A stretch of 64,000 nt of DNA from Candidatus Dojkabacteria bacterium (GTDB lineage: Bacteria > Patescibacteriota > Dojkabacteria > J137). Where the stretch lies: NCBI GenBank assembly GCA_041750555.1, contig JBGSZB010000016.1, forward strand, positions 19,725-83,724. Direction: 5' to 3'. Below the pieces are notes generated by a model that had not been told where the DNA came from, did no database searches, and worked only from the letters and a program-made list of their open reading frames with translations. Position numbers and translations under genes: made by a program. This document shows positions 20,564 to 30,378 of the stretch, one piece after another. How positions within the stretch are numbered: position 1 is the first letter of the stretch; every line of letters starts with the position of its first letter.

Positions 20564-21637
20564 TTAACTTCTATTAATACAATTTAAAACTTCAAACCAT
20601 TTAATAATTCTATCTCTCATGCTTTCTTCACCATGTCTTATCCAATGTCTTGGATCAAAGTATTCTTTATTTGAAGAATTCTTATCATCAATACTCCCTA
20701 TCATACTTTGTAAATATTGATTATTTTTTTCAATATATGTTTTAACACCCATCCAATAGCTCCATTGCAAATCTGTATCTAAATTAACTTTTGTAATTCC
20801 ATACTTTAATGTATCACTTACCTCATTAAATGGAGTACCTGATGTACCATGAAATACTAAATTAACTGGGTTATTAATGTTTTCAGAATTAGTTAAATTA
20901 TTACTAACTAAATCTTGTATATCTTTCAAAATCTCTGGTTTTAACTTTTGTACACCCTCACTAAATACACCATGTAAATTACCAAATATTGCAGCTATTA
21001 AAAAATTATCACTAACACCCTTTAATGCATTAAACATCTTTAATACATCTAAAGGATTAGAATAAACATTATCACCTAAGTTATTAATATTAATTTGATT
21101 ATTTAAGCTAACTAATTTATCTTCTTCTCCTGCCACTCCTATTTCAACTTCTAAGAATGCTCCAATATCTTTAATATCATTTAATATATTTAGACTTTCA
21201 TTAATATTATCTTCCAGAGTTTCAAGAGAGTAATCTAACATATGACTAGAGAATAGAGGATATCCATTTTCATTAAAAAATTCTTTAGAATATTTAATAA
21301 TACCTTTAAGCCAATCAATATGTTCTCTTTTACAATGGTCTGTATGAATAATTACATCTACATTGTATATATTTGCTAATTGATGAACTAACTTAGCCCC
21401 ACTTATAGCTCCTAAAATATTAGATTCTAAGTTATCTACTCCTAATCCTTTAAAAGCTTTAGATCCACCTACTGAGAATTGTACAAATATTGGTGAATTA
21501 ACTTTTCCTGCTGCTTCTAATGTTGCAATAATAGTGCTACTAGAACTAACATTAATAGCAGGAATAGCATAACCTTCATTTTTAGCTTTTAAAAGTGCTT
21601 GTTTTAATTTATCTCCATAAAGTATTTTAGATTGCAT
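20564..21637 (-). CDS. fba: fructose-bisphosphate aldolase, class II
   Basis: AIPAINVSSS N-terminus; IHTDHC metal site; LHGVF; class II FBA length. Confidence 0.85.
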   Translation of the reverse strand: MQSKILYGDKLKQALLKAKNEGYAIPAINVSSSSTIIATLEAAGKVNSPIFVQFSVGGSKAFKGLGVDNLESNILGAISGAKLVHQLANIYNVDVIIHTDHCKREHIDWLKGIIKYSKEFFNENGYPLFSSHMLDYSLETLEDNINESLNILNDIKDIGAFLEVEIGVAGEEDKLVSLNNQININNLGDNVYSNPLDVLKMFNALKGVSDNFLIAAIFGNLHGVFSEGVQKLKPEILKDIQDLVSNNLTNSENINNPVNLVFHGTSGTPFNEVSDTLKYGITKVNLDTDLQWSYWMGVKTYIEKNNQYLQSMIGSIDDKNSSNKEYFDPRHWIRHGEESMRDRIIKWFEVLNCINRS

Positions 21638-21674
21638 ATGTTTTTTTAATTTCTTATATATATTTTTTAATTCA

Positions 21675-22346
21675 CTAATTGTTAATGAATGGTTTAGTTA
21701 ATTCTATTAGTTTGTCATAATGATTATTTGCTTTTACAAAACTAGAAGCTAGAGCAACTCCAGTTGCCCCTAACCTTAATGAATTAACTACATCTTCAAC
21801 TGTTGTTACACCTGCTCCAATTAATAACTTAGTGTTTGTATTTTTAAATGTATTAATAAATTGAGTAACTGCTTCAGGTCTAGTTGTAACTGATATACCA
21901 CTACCTATTAAATCTTGGGGCTCATATATTAAATACTCTGGATTTGTTTTAATTAATTCCTGAGCCTCACTAACACTTTCAGTAAATACCATTAACTTTA
22001 AACCCCTGGATTGAATATTTATTATTTCCTCTATATCTAACTCACTTTTACATTCAGAATGGTTATAGAGTGAATATTTAACACCCAAAGATAATAAATT
22101 TTCTACAACTATTGCACCTGTAGATTGTCCCTCTAATTTACTACTTACATTTTGAGAAACAAAATGAATATTTGGATATTTATTAATAACTTCAGAGAGA
22201 TAAATTAAGGGTGGAGCAATAAATAATTTATTACTATCACGATTAAACATTGGGTAATCAGTTACAAATCTACTCACTTCATCTAGCATTTTAAATAGGG
22301 TATCAGCATTTGATTCGGAGTAGGTTTTTAAATTTAAAATTAACAT
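21675..22346 (-). CDS. tpiA: triosephosphate isomerase, short archaeal-type
   Basis: ILNLKTYSES N-terminus; YNHSECK (HSER-like); IYEPQDLIGSG (YEPxxxIGTG); GVALASSFVKA; 223 aa is the archaeal-type length. Confidence 0.7.
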   Translation of the reverse strand: MLILNLKTYSESNADTLFKMLDEVSRFVTDYPMFNRDSNKLFIAPPLIYLSEVINKYPNIHFVSQNVSSKLEGQSTGAIVVENLLSLGVKYSLYNHSECKSELDIEEIINIQSRGLKLMVFTESVSEAQELIKTNPEYLIYEPQDLIGSGISVTTRPEAVTQFINTFKNTNTKLLIGAGVTTVEDVVNSLRLGATGVALASSFVKANNHYDKLIELTKPFINN

Positions 22347-22524
22347 TAAGAACTTTTTAACAATAAACTCGGTATTAAATATATCTAATATCTTTAATAC
22401 ATATTCATAATATTACTAAACATGAAATAATTAAAGTCATACTTTAATTTAAAAAGATAATCTACTAGCTAATATTTTAAATTTTAAGTAATATGACAAC
22501 TAAAGTACTTATTAAATTTTTTAT

Positions 22525-22938
22525 ATGGCAGATGATAATGTTTCAGATTTATTAACTAATGAGAATCTAGATAAGGTTGAAGAATATTTTAAATTAAAGG
22601 GAGTAATGAGAACCTTAAGAAATGATTTAAAAGATTTAAAAGCTCAATCTGAAGATTATGCTGAATTAACAAAAATTGTTAAAAAAGCTAAAGAATTAAG
22701 AGATAAGATTAAAGAGGATGAAAATATTAGAAATATAACTGAAAAATTAGAAGTAACTAAAGAGAGAGCTGAACTATTAAAAGAACTAATTAGAATAGAA
22801 CTTTTAGAAACTGCTCAAGAAGAAGTTAAGAGAAATGGTAGAAAGTTAAAGATTGTAAATATTCTTAAAGAGATGAAAGATGAAGATGATAAAAAGAAGA
22901 GTAAGTTTAAAGGTGGTAAATCAATATTTAGATCGTGA
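22525..22938 (+). CDS. K/E-rich coiled-coil protein
   Basis: 137 aa, heptad-like charged sequence; TGA stop. Confidence 0.4.
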   Translation: MADDNVSDLLTNENLDKVEEYFKLKGVMRTLRNDLKDLKAQSEDYAELTKIVKKAKELRDKIKEDENIRNITEKLEVTKERAELLKELIRIELLETAQEEVKRNGRKLKIVNILKEMKDEDDKKKSKFKGGKSIFRS

Positions 22939-22970
22939 GTTTGAATAATAAATTTGTGATTTAGGTTTTA

Positions 22971-23711
22971 ATGAGAAAGTTTAGTGCTTATGAAATTAAT
23001 CTATTATCCCGTTATGGAATAGATTATCAAAGTGTAGATGATTTAAATATTCCAGTTGAATATATTATTGGTACCGCAATTTTTTGTGAAAATGAGTTTT
23101 TTGTTAATGAATCTACATTAATTCCAAGAATAGAGAGCGAATTTTTAATTGAATTAGCTCTTAGAGATATCTGTAATAAAGAGTTTAAAGATATTAAATA
23201 TATTGATATTGGAACAGGAAGTGGAGCTATTGGATTAACTTTTGCTATTGAATTAACAAGAAGGCATATTAATTTTGAAGGGACTTTAAGTGATATTTCA
23301 GATAAAGCCCTAAAGATTACTAAAAAGAATTTAAATAATTTAAAAAAATATATTAATGGGGATATTAATATTTTAAATTCAAATCTATTCTCAAATATTC
23401 CAAAAATTAAATTTAAATATATATTTGCTAATCTTCCATATATTCCAAGTAGTAGAATATATAACTTACCTGTAAGCGTTAAAGGATACGAACCTCTTAA
23501 TGCTCTTGATGGAGGAGAGGATGGATTAAATTTAATTAGAGAGTTATTAAATGTAGCATCTAAGTTTTTAGAAGATGATGGTTTAATTTTGCTAGAGGTT
23601 GATGATTCTCACACTTCTAAATATATTGATGAATTTAAGAGTAATTGGGATATATCTATTAAAAATGATTTTAATGGGAAGAATAGATATTGGTTGTGTA
23701 GAAAAAAGTAA
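22971..23711 (+). CDS. HemK/PrmC-family N5-glutamine (protein or RNA) methyltransferase
   Basis: IDIGTGSGAIG SAM motif and NLPYIP (NPPY-type) motif. Confidence 0.7.
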   Translation: MRKFSAYEINLLSRYGIDYQSVDDLNIPVEYIIGTAIFCENEFFVNESTLIPRIESEFLIELALRDICNKEFKDIKYIDIGTGSGAIGLTFAIELTRRHINFEGTLSDISDKALKITKKNLNNLKKYINGDINILNSNLFSNIPKIKFKYIFANLPYIPSSRIYNLPVSVKGYEPLNALDGGEDGLNLIRELLNVASKFLEDDGLILLEVDDSHTSKYIDEFKSNWDISIKNDFNGKNRYWLCRKK

Positions 23712-23832
23712 TCTCCTTTAAATACTATATGTTTAATATTTCTATATATATCTTAACCCCATAGTAATTATTTAATTTACAATATATTTTTAAACACTTA
23801 GACTAAAGAACATAGTAATTATCTTTCAAACT

Positions 23833-25494
23833 ATGTTTAATCCTAAATACATTTTTATATCTGGCGGCGTAATTTCAGGTCTTGGTAAGGGAGTAGCAGC
23901 AGCTTCCTTAGGTGTGTTATTAAAATCTCGTGGATACAAGGTTACTGCAATTAAGTGTGAAACTTATCTAAATGTAGACTCAGGAACAATTAATCCAATT
24001 GAACATGGAGATCCATTTTTATGTGGTGATGGATTAGAGGCAGATATGGATTTAGGAACATATGAAAGATTTTTAGAAGTTGAAGTTGGGCATAAAAACT
24101 TTGTAACAATGGGAAAGGTATACAAAGAGATAATTGATAAAGAGAGATCAATGGGATATGAGGGAAGAACAGTAGATGCAATTCCTGAAATACCAAATAA
24201 AATAATTGAAAAGATTAGAGAGGCTTCAAAAGACTTTGATATTTGTTTAGTTGAATTGGGGGGAACTGCGGGTGAATATCAAAACGTATATAACTATGAG
24301 GCTGCTAGGATGATGAAGTTAGAGAATCCAAGTGACGTTATTCATGTTCATATTACATATGTTCCACTTCCACCACATTTAGGAGAACCTAAAACTAAAC
24401 CTACTCAGTTATCTATGAGGTTTTTAAACATGGCAGGTATTCAACCTGAATTTTTAGTTTTAAGATCTAATGCAAAAATGGATCAATTAAGAGCTAAAAA
24501 GGTATCCGTACAATGTAATATTCATGAAGATAGAATAATCTTTAACCCTAATGTTAAAAGTATTTATGAGCTCCCTATTCTTTTTGAAGAGCAGGAGTTT
24601 GATAGAAAAGCTCTAGAACTTTTAGGACTACCTGTTAAAAGATTAGAATTTAGTAAATGGCAAAACCTAGTTAGGACAGTTACAACTGTTAGAAAAAAGA
24701 GGGTAAACATTGCAATTGTTGGTAAATATATATCAACTGGATCATATGAATTACCAGATGCATATAACTCATTAACTCACTCCCTTAAACACGCTAGTTG
24801 GGGAACAGGGATAGGGGTAGATATACATTTCATTAACTCTGAAAGTTTTGAAAAAGAATTAAATAAAAAGAAGGATCTATTAAAAGGAATGGATGGAATA
24901 ATTGTACCAATAGGGTGGGGTAATAGGGGAAGTGAGGGTAAAATTAGGGCTATAGAATATGCAAGAGTTAAAAAGGTTCCATATTTAGGGCTATGTTTTG
25001 GTATGCAATTAGCCTGCATTGAATATGCAAGAAATATATTAAAGATTAAAGATGCAACTAGTGAAGAATTAAATGAAAAATCTAAAAACAAGATAATTCA
25101 TTCAATACCGTTTGATCCTAAGTATCAAACTATTAAGGGAGAAGGTACTTCAATGAGGTTAGGAACTTTCCCATGTGTTGTTAAAAAGAATAGTTTAGCT
25201 TATGAAATATATACTAAACATAATGAAGGTGTATTAGATAAAAATGGTAATTTAATAGTTGAAGAGAGACATAGACATAGATTTGAATTTAAGAACGAGT
25301 ATAGATCCGAAATGGAGAAGAGTGGATTTGTATTTAGTGGAACTTCCCCTGATGATTTCTTTGTGGAAATGATTGAGTTACCAAGAAAAGTTCACCCATT
25401 TTTCTTAGCAACACAAGCTCATCCTGAGTATAAATCTAGTCCATTAAAACCTCATCCATTTTTTATTGAATTTATTAGAGCATGTTTAAAATAG
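23833..25494 (+). CDS. pyrG: CTP synthase
   Basis: MFNPKYIFISGGVISGLGKG N-terminus; GLCFGMQ glutamine amidotransferase active site. Confidence 0.95.
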   Translation: MFNPKYIFISGGVISGLGKGVAAASLGVLLKSRGYKVTAIKCETYLNVDSGTINPIEHGDPFLCGDGLEADMDLGTYERFLEVEVGHKNFVTMGKVYKEIIDKERSMGYEGRTVDAIPEIPNKIIEKIREASKDFDICLVELGGTAGEYQNVYNYEAARMMKLENPSDVIHVHITYVPLPPHLGEPKTKPTQLSMRFLNMAGIQPEFLVLRSNAKMDQLRAKKVSVQCNIHEDRIIFNPNVKSIYELPILFEEQEFDRKALELLGLPVKRLEFSKWQNLVRTVTTVRKKRVNIAIVGKYISTGSYELPDAYNSLTHSLKHASWGTGIGVDIHFINSESFEKELNKKKDLLKGMDGIIVPIGWGNRGSEGKIRAIEYARVKKVPYLGLCFGMQLACIEYARNILKIKDATSEELNEKSKNKIIHSIPFDPKYQTIKGEGTSMRLGTFPCVVKKNSLAYEIYTKHNEGVLDKNGNLIVEERHRHRFEFKNEYRSEMEKSGFVFSGTSPDDFFVEMIELPRKVHPFFLATQAHPEYKSSPLKPHPFFIEFIRACLK

Positions 25495-25608
25495 TATCCT
25501 GTAGTATTTTATTATTTGCATGTTTTAATTTAATTTTGTAATCTACTCAAAGTATAAAAACATAATGTGAAGAAGATTATTAATTTAAATATCAATATTT
25601 AACTCTTA

Positions 25609-25632
25609 AAGAGCCGGAAGGCTCTTTTTTTT
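25609..25632 (+). terminator. Rho-independent terminator
   Basis: Stem AGAGCC, loop GGAA, stem GGCTCT (extendable to 8 bp), followed by T8; ~115 nt after the pyrG stop. Confidence 0.7.
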
Positions 25633-25650
25633 AATTTTTATTTTTTTATT

Positions 25651-26664
25651 ATGATAGCTTTAGATAATTTAGAAGGTAAAATCCCTGAAGGGTTTGGTGT
25701 AAAACCATTGTTTGAGGAATTACATCCAAATGGTCATATAGACGAAGAAACATATGAAAGAATTTTTGCAACAATAAATGTAAATCATCCAACTGATTGG
25801 ATGAGAGATAATCTTGATCAAAATGCAGAAGCTAATCCTGATAGTTTACCTAATGAATTTAAAAAGATATTTGAAAATTTCAGTCCAGAAGAAAGATTGG
25901 AATTAAGTGATTGTGCAGATGTTTTAAGTGAAATCGCGAATATGAATTTTGATGAACTTAATGTTAATCAAGTAAATGAATTAAGAAGAATATATAGAGA
26001 AGCTGAGATGAGAATTATGTATATGGTGAGAGTTAAGATTAAAGAGTATTTAGGAATAGATGTAGGTAATTTTGAAGCAATTAAAGAAAAATCATTATGT
26101 TTATACGCTCTTAGAGGAGCTAAGATAATGAAAAAAGGATTTGAACCATTAGCTAAGTATAACTATGAAGTTGAAATGAAAAGATTAGTTATGATGGATG
26201 GCCATTTTGAAGTAGGGGTGGGTTATGACTTTTTTAATATTCTAAGAAATTTATCACAAGAGGAAAAAGATAGTATTGAGAATGTATATTTACCAGATGA
26301 TTGTATATCAACTGGTATGAGTCAATTTGCAATGCTTAAGTTATTAAAAGCATTAGGATTAAATAATTTAAAAAAAATTATTATTCCAGCAAGTGTAGCA
26401 GTATCTGGTGGTATTAAACATTTAGTAAGTGAAGCAAAAAAGTTATTCCCAAATTGTGAAATAATTGTTGGTGCAGGAGAAGTTGCATACAGAGTTAATC
26501 AATTAATGTATCTATTAAAGCAGGATGGTAACTTTAAAGTAGGTGATATGGGGAAATTTAATGATATGGATGCATATGATTATATACCAGAGGGAGATCA
26601 ACCTATTAATGCTAATGAATTAATTAATCAAGCTAGACAAATTGGGGGAGTAGTTGAAGCATAA
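25651..26664 (+). CDS. protein with C-terminal phosphoribosyltransferase-like (PRPP-binding) domain and unknown N-terminal half
   Basis: VYLPDDCISTGMS resembles the PRTase PRPP loop (hhhhDDhhsTGxT). Confidence 0.4.
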   Translation: MIALDNLEGKIPEGFGVKPLFEELHPNGHIDEETYERIFATINVNHPTDWMRDNLDQNAEANPDSLPNEFKKIFENFSPEERLELSDCADVLSEIANMNFDELNVNQVNELRRIYREAEMRIMYMVRVKIKEYLGIDVGNFEAIKEKSLCLYALRGAKIMKKGFEPLAKYNYEVEMKRLVMMDGHFEVGVGYDFFNILRNLSQEEKDSIENVYLPDDCISTGMSQFAMLKLLKALGLNNLKKIIIPASVAVSGGIKHLVSEAKKLFPNCEIIVGAGEVAYRVNQLMYLLKQDGNFKVGDMGKFNDMDAYDYIPEGDQPINANELINQARQIGGVVEA

Positions 26665-26688
26665 TAAGCCATTGAATAAACTCTTGGG

Positions 26689-28260
26689 ATGTATTATCCT
26701 ATCTTAATGGCTACATTTTTTAAAAGACCAAAACCTATCGTATTAGCAATAATGGATGGAGTAGGTGTAGCTCCTCCAGGGCAGGGTAATGCAGTAACAT
26801 TAGCTGACACACCTAACCTTGATAAACTATGGCCAATGTATCCTCATGCATACTTAGAAGCTAGTGGATTAAATGTAGGGCTACCTCAAGGAACAGATGG
26901 TAATAGTGAAGTGGGACATATGACATTAGGAGCAGGTAAAGTAATATTTCAAAACCTACCTAGAATTGATAACAGTATTGCAACAGGAGATTTCTTTAGA
27001 AATGAACAGATTAAAAGAGCTTTTGATCATGTAAAAGAAACTAAAGGTGTAGTTCATATTATGGGGTTAGTAGGAAATGGATTTGTACATGCTTCAGTTG
27101 AACATCTATATGCATTAATTAAAATGGCAGCTAGTGAAAAAATTAAATCAGATAGACTTGCAATACACTTATTTACAGATGGAAGAGACTCTGCTCCAGA
27201 TGCTTCAATTGATGTAATTCAAAAGATAGAAGCTGTATGTATACAAAAAAGAGTAGGTAAAATTGCATCAATTATTGGTAGAGCATATGCAATGGATAGG
27301 AATAGGAATTGGAAGAAGACTCAATTAGCATATGATATGTTAGTTAATGGAAAAGCCCAAAGGGTTACAGATTGGGAAAAAGCTATTAAAGAGTCATACA
27401 AAAAAGAGATAACTGATGAATATATTGAACCAATATTAATTGACTACAATGGTGAAGTTTATCAAATACAAGATAATGATAGTGTAATATTTTTTAACTA
27501 CAGACCTGATAGAGCTTATCAATTAACACTAAGTTTAGAAGATCCAACCTTTAAAGAGTTTGAAACTAAAAAGTTTAAAGACTTCTACTTTGTAGGTATG
27601 ACTGATTATGAGAATGGATATCCAAAGAATAAAGCATTTCCTCCTGAAAAAGTATTAAAACCATTAGGAAGTATATTGTCAGATAATGATTTAAAACAAT
27701 TAAGAATTGCTGAATCTGAAAAGTTTCCTCATGTTACATACTTTTTTAATGGAGCAAATAAAGAGATATACAAAGGAGAAACATGGGTAGAAGTTCCATC
27801 TCCTAAAGATGTAGCTACGTATGATAAAAAGCCAGGAATGAGTATGGAGTGGGTTACTGAGATGTTAATTGATAAATTAGATAAAAATGATTATGACTTT
27901 GTATTAGTTAACTATGCAGGACCTGATATGGTAGCTCATACAGGAGTAATGGATGCAAGTGTAGAGGCTATGGAAATTTGTGATAAATGTGTTGGAACAC
28001 TTGTTAATGAAGTATTAAAAAGAGATGGAATACTTTTAATTACTGCTGATCATGGTAATTGTGAAGAATTAATTGATCCTAAAACTGGAAATGCTGATAC
28101 TAAGCATTCTACTAACCAAGTACCTTTCTTAGTTGTTAGAAATGGTTTAAAGGGTAGAGAATTAACAGTTGGTGGATTAAGTGATATAGCTCCTACAATA
28201 TTAAAGCTTATGGGAATTGAAATCCCCCCCGAAATGACCGGGAGGGATTTATTAGCTTAA
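26689..28260 (+). CDS. gpmI: 2,3-bisphosphoglycerate-independent phosphoglycerate mutase
   Basis: LAIMDGVGVAPPGQGNAV and TADHGN motifs; 523 aa. Confidence 0.9.
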   Translation: MYYPILMATFFKRPKPIVLAIMDGVGVAPPGQGNAVTLADTPNLDKLWPMYPHAYLEASGLNVGLPQGTDGNSEVGHMTLGAGKVIFQNLPRIDNSIATGDFFRNEQIKRAFDHVKETKGVVHIMGLVGNGFVHASVEHLYALIKMAASEKIKSDRLAIHLFTDGRDSAPDASIDVIQKIEAVCIQKRVGKIASIIGRAYAMDRNRNWKKTQLAYDMLVNGKAQRVTDWEKAIKESYKKEITDEYIEPILIDYNGEVYQIQDNDSVIFFNYRPDRAYQLTLSLEDPTFKEFETKKFKDFYFVGMTDYENGYPKNKAFPPEKVLKPLGSILSDNDLKQLRIAESEKFPHVTYFFNGANKEIYKGETWVEVPSPKDVATYDKKPGMSMEWVTEMLIDKLDKNDYDFVLVNYAGPDMVAHTGVMDASVEAMEICDKCVGTLVNEVLKRDGILLITADHGNCEELIDPKTGNADTKHSTNQVPFLVVRNGLKGRELTVGGLSDIAPTILKLMGIEIPPEMTGRDLLA

Positions 28261-28273
28261 TACTCACTTAATG

Positions 28274-29161
28274 TTATCTATTTGTAGTGTTACTTGTTGA
28301 ACTACTAGGTACGGGACATCCTTTATTTAAGTTTTTAACGAAGTAGTTATAGTCAGTTCTAGTTACATATCCATCACCATTTGAATCAGCAGTAACATCA
28401 CAAGTATTTGTTTTAGGAGCTGATACAGGAGTTCCTGCAACTACATCCTTACATTTATATGGGAAACCTCCTGCAAAAGAACTAGTAAAATCTCTAACTG
28501 TTATATTACCATCGTTATTTGTATCAATTGATGCACAAGGTTGTTCTATAAACTTATCACACTTCATTCCAAAGAACTCACTAAAGATTTTAAAATCATT
28601 GTAATCTAAAACGTAATCTTTATTTGCATCCATTGGACCACAGTGTTGTGTAGATAAATATGCTTCATCTGTTGGATCACACTGCTTACCCATGTTTTGA
28701 GCTAAGAAAGAAAAATCTCTTATTGTAATTCTATTATCTCTTGTTCCAGTAATCCCTTTAGAGTCCGTTGGCAATACATCCATTGTTCCGCAATTAATTG
28801 TTTTATTAGTAGAGCTAGAAGAAGTTGAGCCTTTATTTGAAATTACATTTGAGATTTCAGTTAAACTCTCATCATTTATCTCACTATCTTCATCTAATAG
28901 AGAGGTAGTTAAACAATTGTTAACATATGTATCTGTTAAGAATAGTTTTTCATCTTCATAATCATCACTAGAGGCTAAATCTAATTCAGGAAATGTTGTA
29001 CAGAAATCTTCAGTATTAACGTATTCTACAATTTTACTATCTATATCAGTTGTATTTACTGTTGCAGTATTAACCATCATGGTTGAAGCTAGTACTCCAA
29101 CTATAAAGAATCCAAGTGCAACTGAGAGAAGTAGTATAGTTAAAATATGGTGTCTTTTCAT
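28274..29161 (-). CDS. membrane-anchored secreted protein with four Cys-bracketed dockerin-like calcium-binding repeats
   Basis: N-terminal TM. Repeats: C..DxNxDGxITVRDF...C, e.g. CASIDTNNDGNITVRDF and CDVTADSNGDGYVTRTDYNYFVKNLNKGC. Confidence 0.55.
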   Translation of the reverse strand: MKRHHILTILLLSVALGFFIVGVLASTMMVNTATVNTTDIDSKIVEYVNTEDFCTTFPELDLASSDDYEDEKLFLTDTYVNNCLTTSLLDEDSEINDESLTEISNVISNKGSTSSSSTNKTINCGTMDVLPTDSKGITGTRDNRITIRDFSFLAQNMGKQCDPTDEAYLSTQHCGPMDANKDYVLDYNDFKIFSEFFGMKCDKFIEQPCASIDTNNDGNITVRDFTSSFAGGFPYKCKDVVAGTPVSAPKTNTCDVTADSNGDGYVTRTDYNYFVKNLNKGCPVPSSSTSNTTNR

Positions 29162-29214
29162 AAGTGTCTATTAAAATATATATTGTTAATAGTTTACATT
29201 ATGGATTGTTAATG

Positions 29215-30330
29215 TCAATTAGAAGACAAACTAGTGTTGAGTAATTTCATCCAGTTACTATAGAAAGTTAAGTTATGTATTGTTAATAATCTTAAAGCAC
29301 TGCTTTCCTTAAGTCTTAATAAATGTCTAATATAGCTTCTTGAATAATTAGAACAAGCCTCACATTTACAAGTACTATCTATTGGGTTTAAATCATCTTC
29401 ATATCGTTTACTTTTAATATGCATTACATCATATTTTAAATTTTTGTATCCCCGATTTACATCACCATTTCCTTCACTTACATATATATATCCATGTCTT
29501 GCATTACGGGTAGGTAGCACTGTATCAAATAGATCCCAACCTTTTTCTACACAGTAAGCTATATCTTCAGGTTGTCCAACTCCCATAGCATATTTTATTT
29601 TATTTTCTGGTATTAAATTAGATACATACTCAAGCATTTCATGATAAAACCCTGTATAGTTATCATTTCTCCAAGTTTCTCCAGAAGTTAGTGGTACTCC
29701 CCCATAGTTAAATATATCAAAATCTAATTCAAGTAATTCTGATGCTGATTGTTTTCTTAATTCAAAATCATTAGCTCCCTGTATTACACAACCTAATAAC
29801 TTAGCATTATCTAACTCTTTAAACTTCTTTAATGATCTCTTAGCCCATTTAGTATTTAATTTAACACTTTCACGTCTTTCTTTAAGTGTTGAGTTAATTA
29901 ATATTGGATGATCTAATACTGTTAATATGTCACTTCCTAAGTTATCTTGTATTTGAATTGAATTTTCAGGTGTTAACAGAGATGATTTATTTGTATTAGG
30001 ATTTACAAATGTACAACCTAAATCACTTATTGCATTTTTAGAGTATCCACTTTTTGAATTAATTAAACTAAATACTTGCCAACCACCACTATCTGTTAAT
30101 ATTGGTCTATCCCAGTTAAAGTATTTATGTATACCACCCATCTCTTTAATTCTATTACTCCCAATATTTTGTTCAATATGAAGAGTAGTTGTAACTATCT
30201 CTTTAACTCCACATGATTTTGCATCTTCAAATGTTATTGATTTAATAGATCCATATGTAGCATCTGGCATAAAGCTAGGTAGAGATATTTCACCATGTTT
30301 AGTTTTTAATATCTTTTTATTCTTTATCAT
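29215..30330 (-). CDS. tgt: queuine tRNA-ribosyltransferase
   Basis: LTDSGGWQVF catalytic motif; Zn site CKCEACSNY...H. Confidence 0.9.
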   Translation of the reverse strand: MIKNKKILKTKHGEISLPSFMPDATYGSIKSITFEDAKSCGVKEIVTTTLHIEQNIGSNRIKEMGGIHKYFNWDRPILTDSGGWQVFSLINSKSGYSKNAISDLGCTFVNPNTNKSSLLTPENSIQIQDNLGSDILTVLDHPILINSTLKERRESVKLNTKWAKRSLKKFKELDNAKLLGCVIQGANDFELRKQSASELLELDFDIFNYGGVPLTSGETWRNDNYTGFYHEMLEYVSNLIPENKIKYAMGVGQPEDIAYCVEKGWDLFDTVLPTRNARHGYIYVSEGNGDVNRGYKNLKYDVMHIKSKRYEDDLNPIDSTCKCEACSNYSRSYIRHLLRLKESSALRLLTIHNLTFYSNWMKLLNTSLSSN

Positions 30331-30378
30331 TAATTAATAACTTAATCTAATTTCTATATTCTGTATTGATTTTTATAC

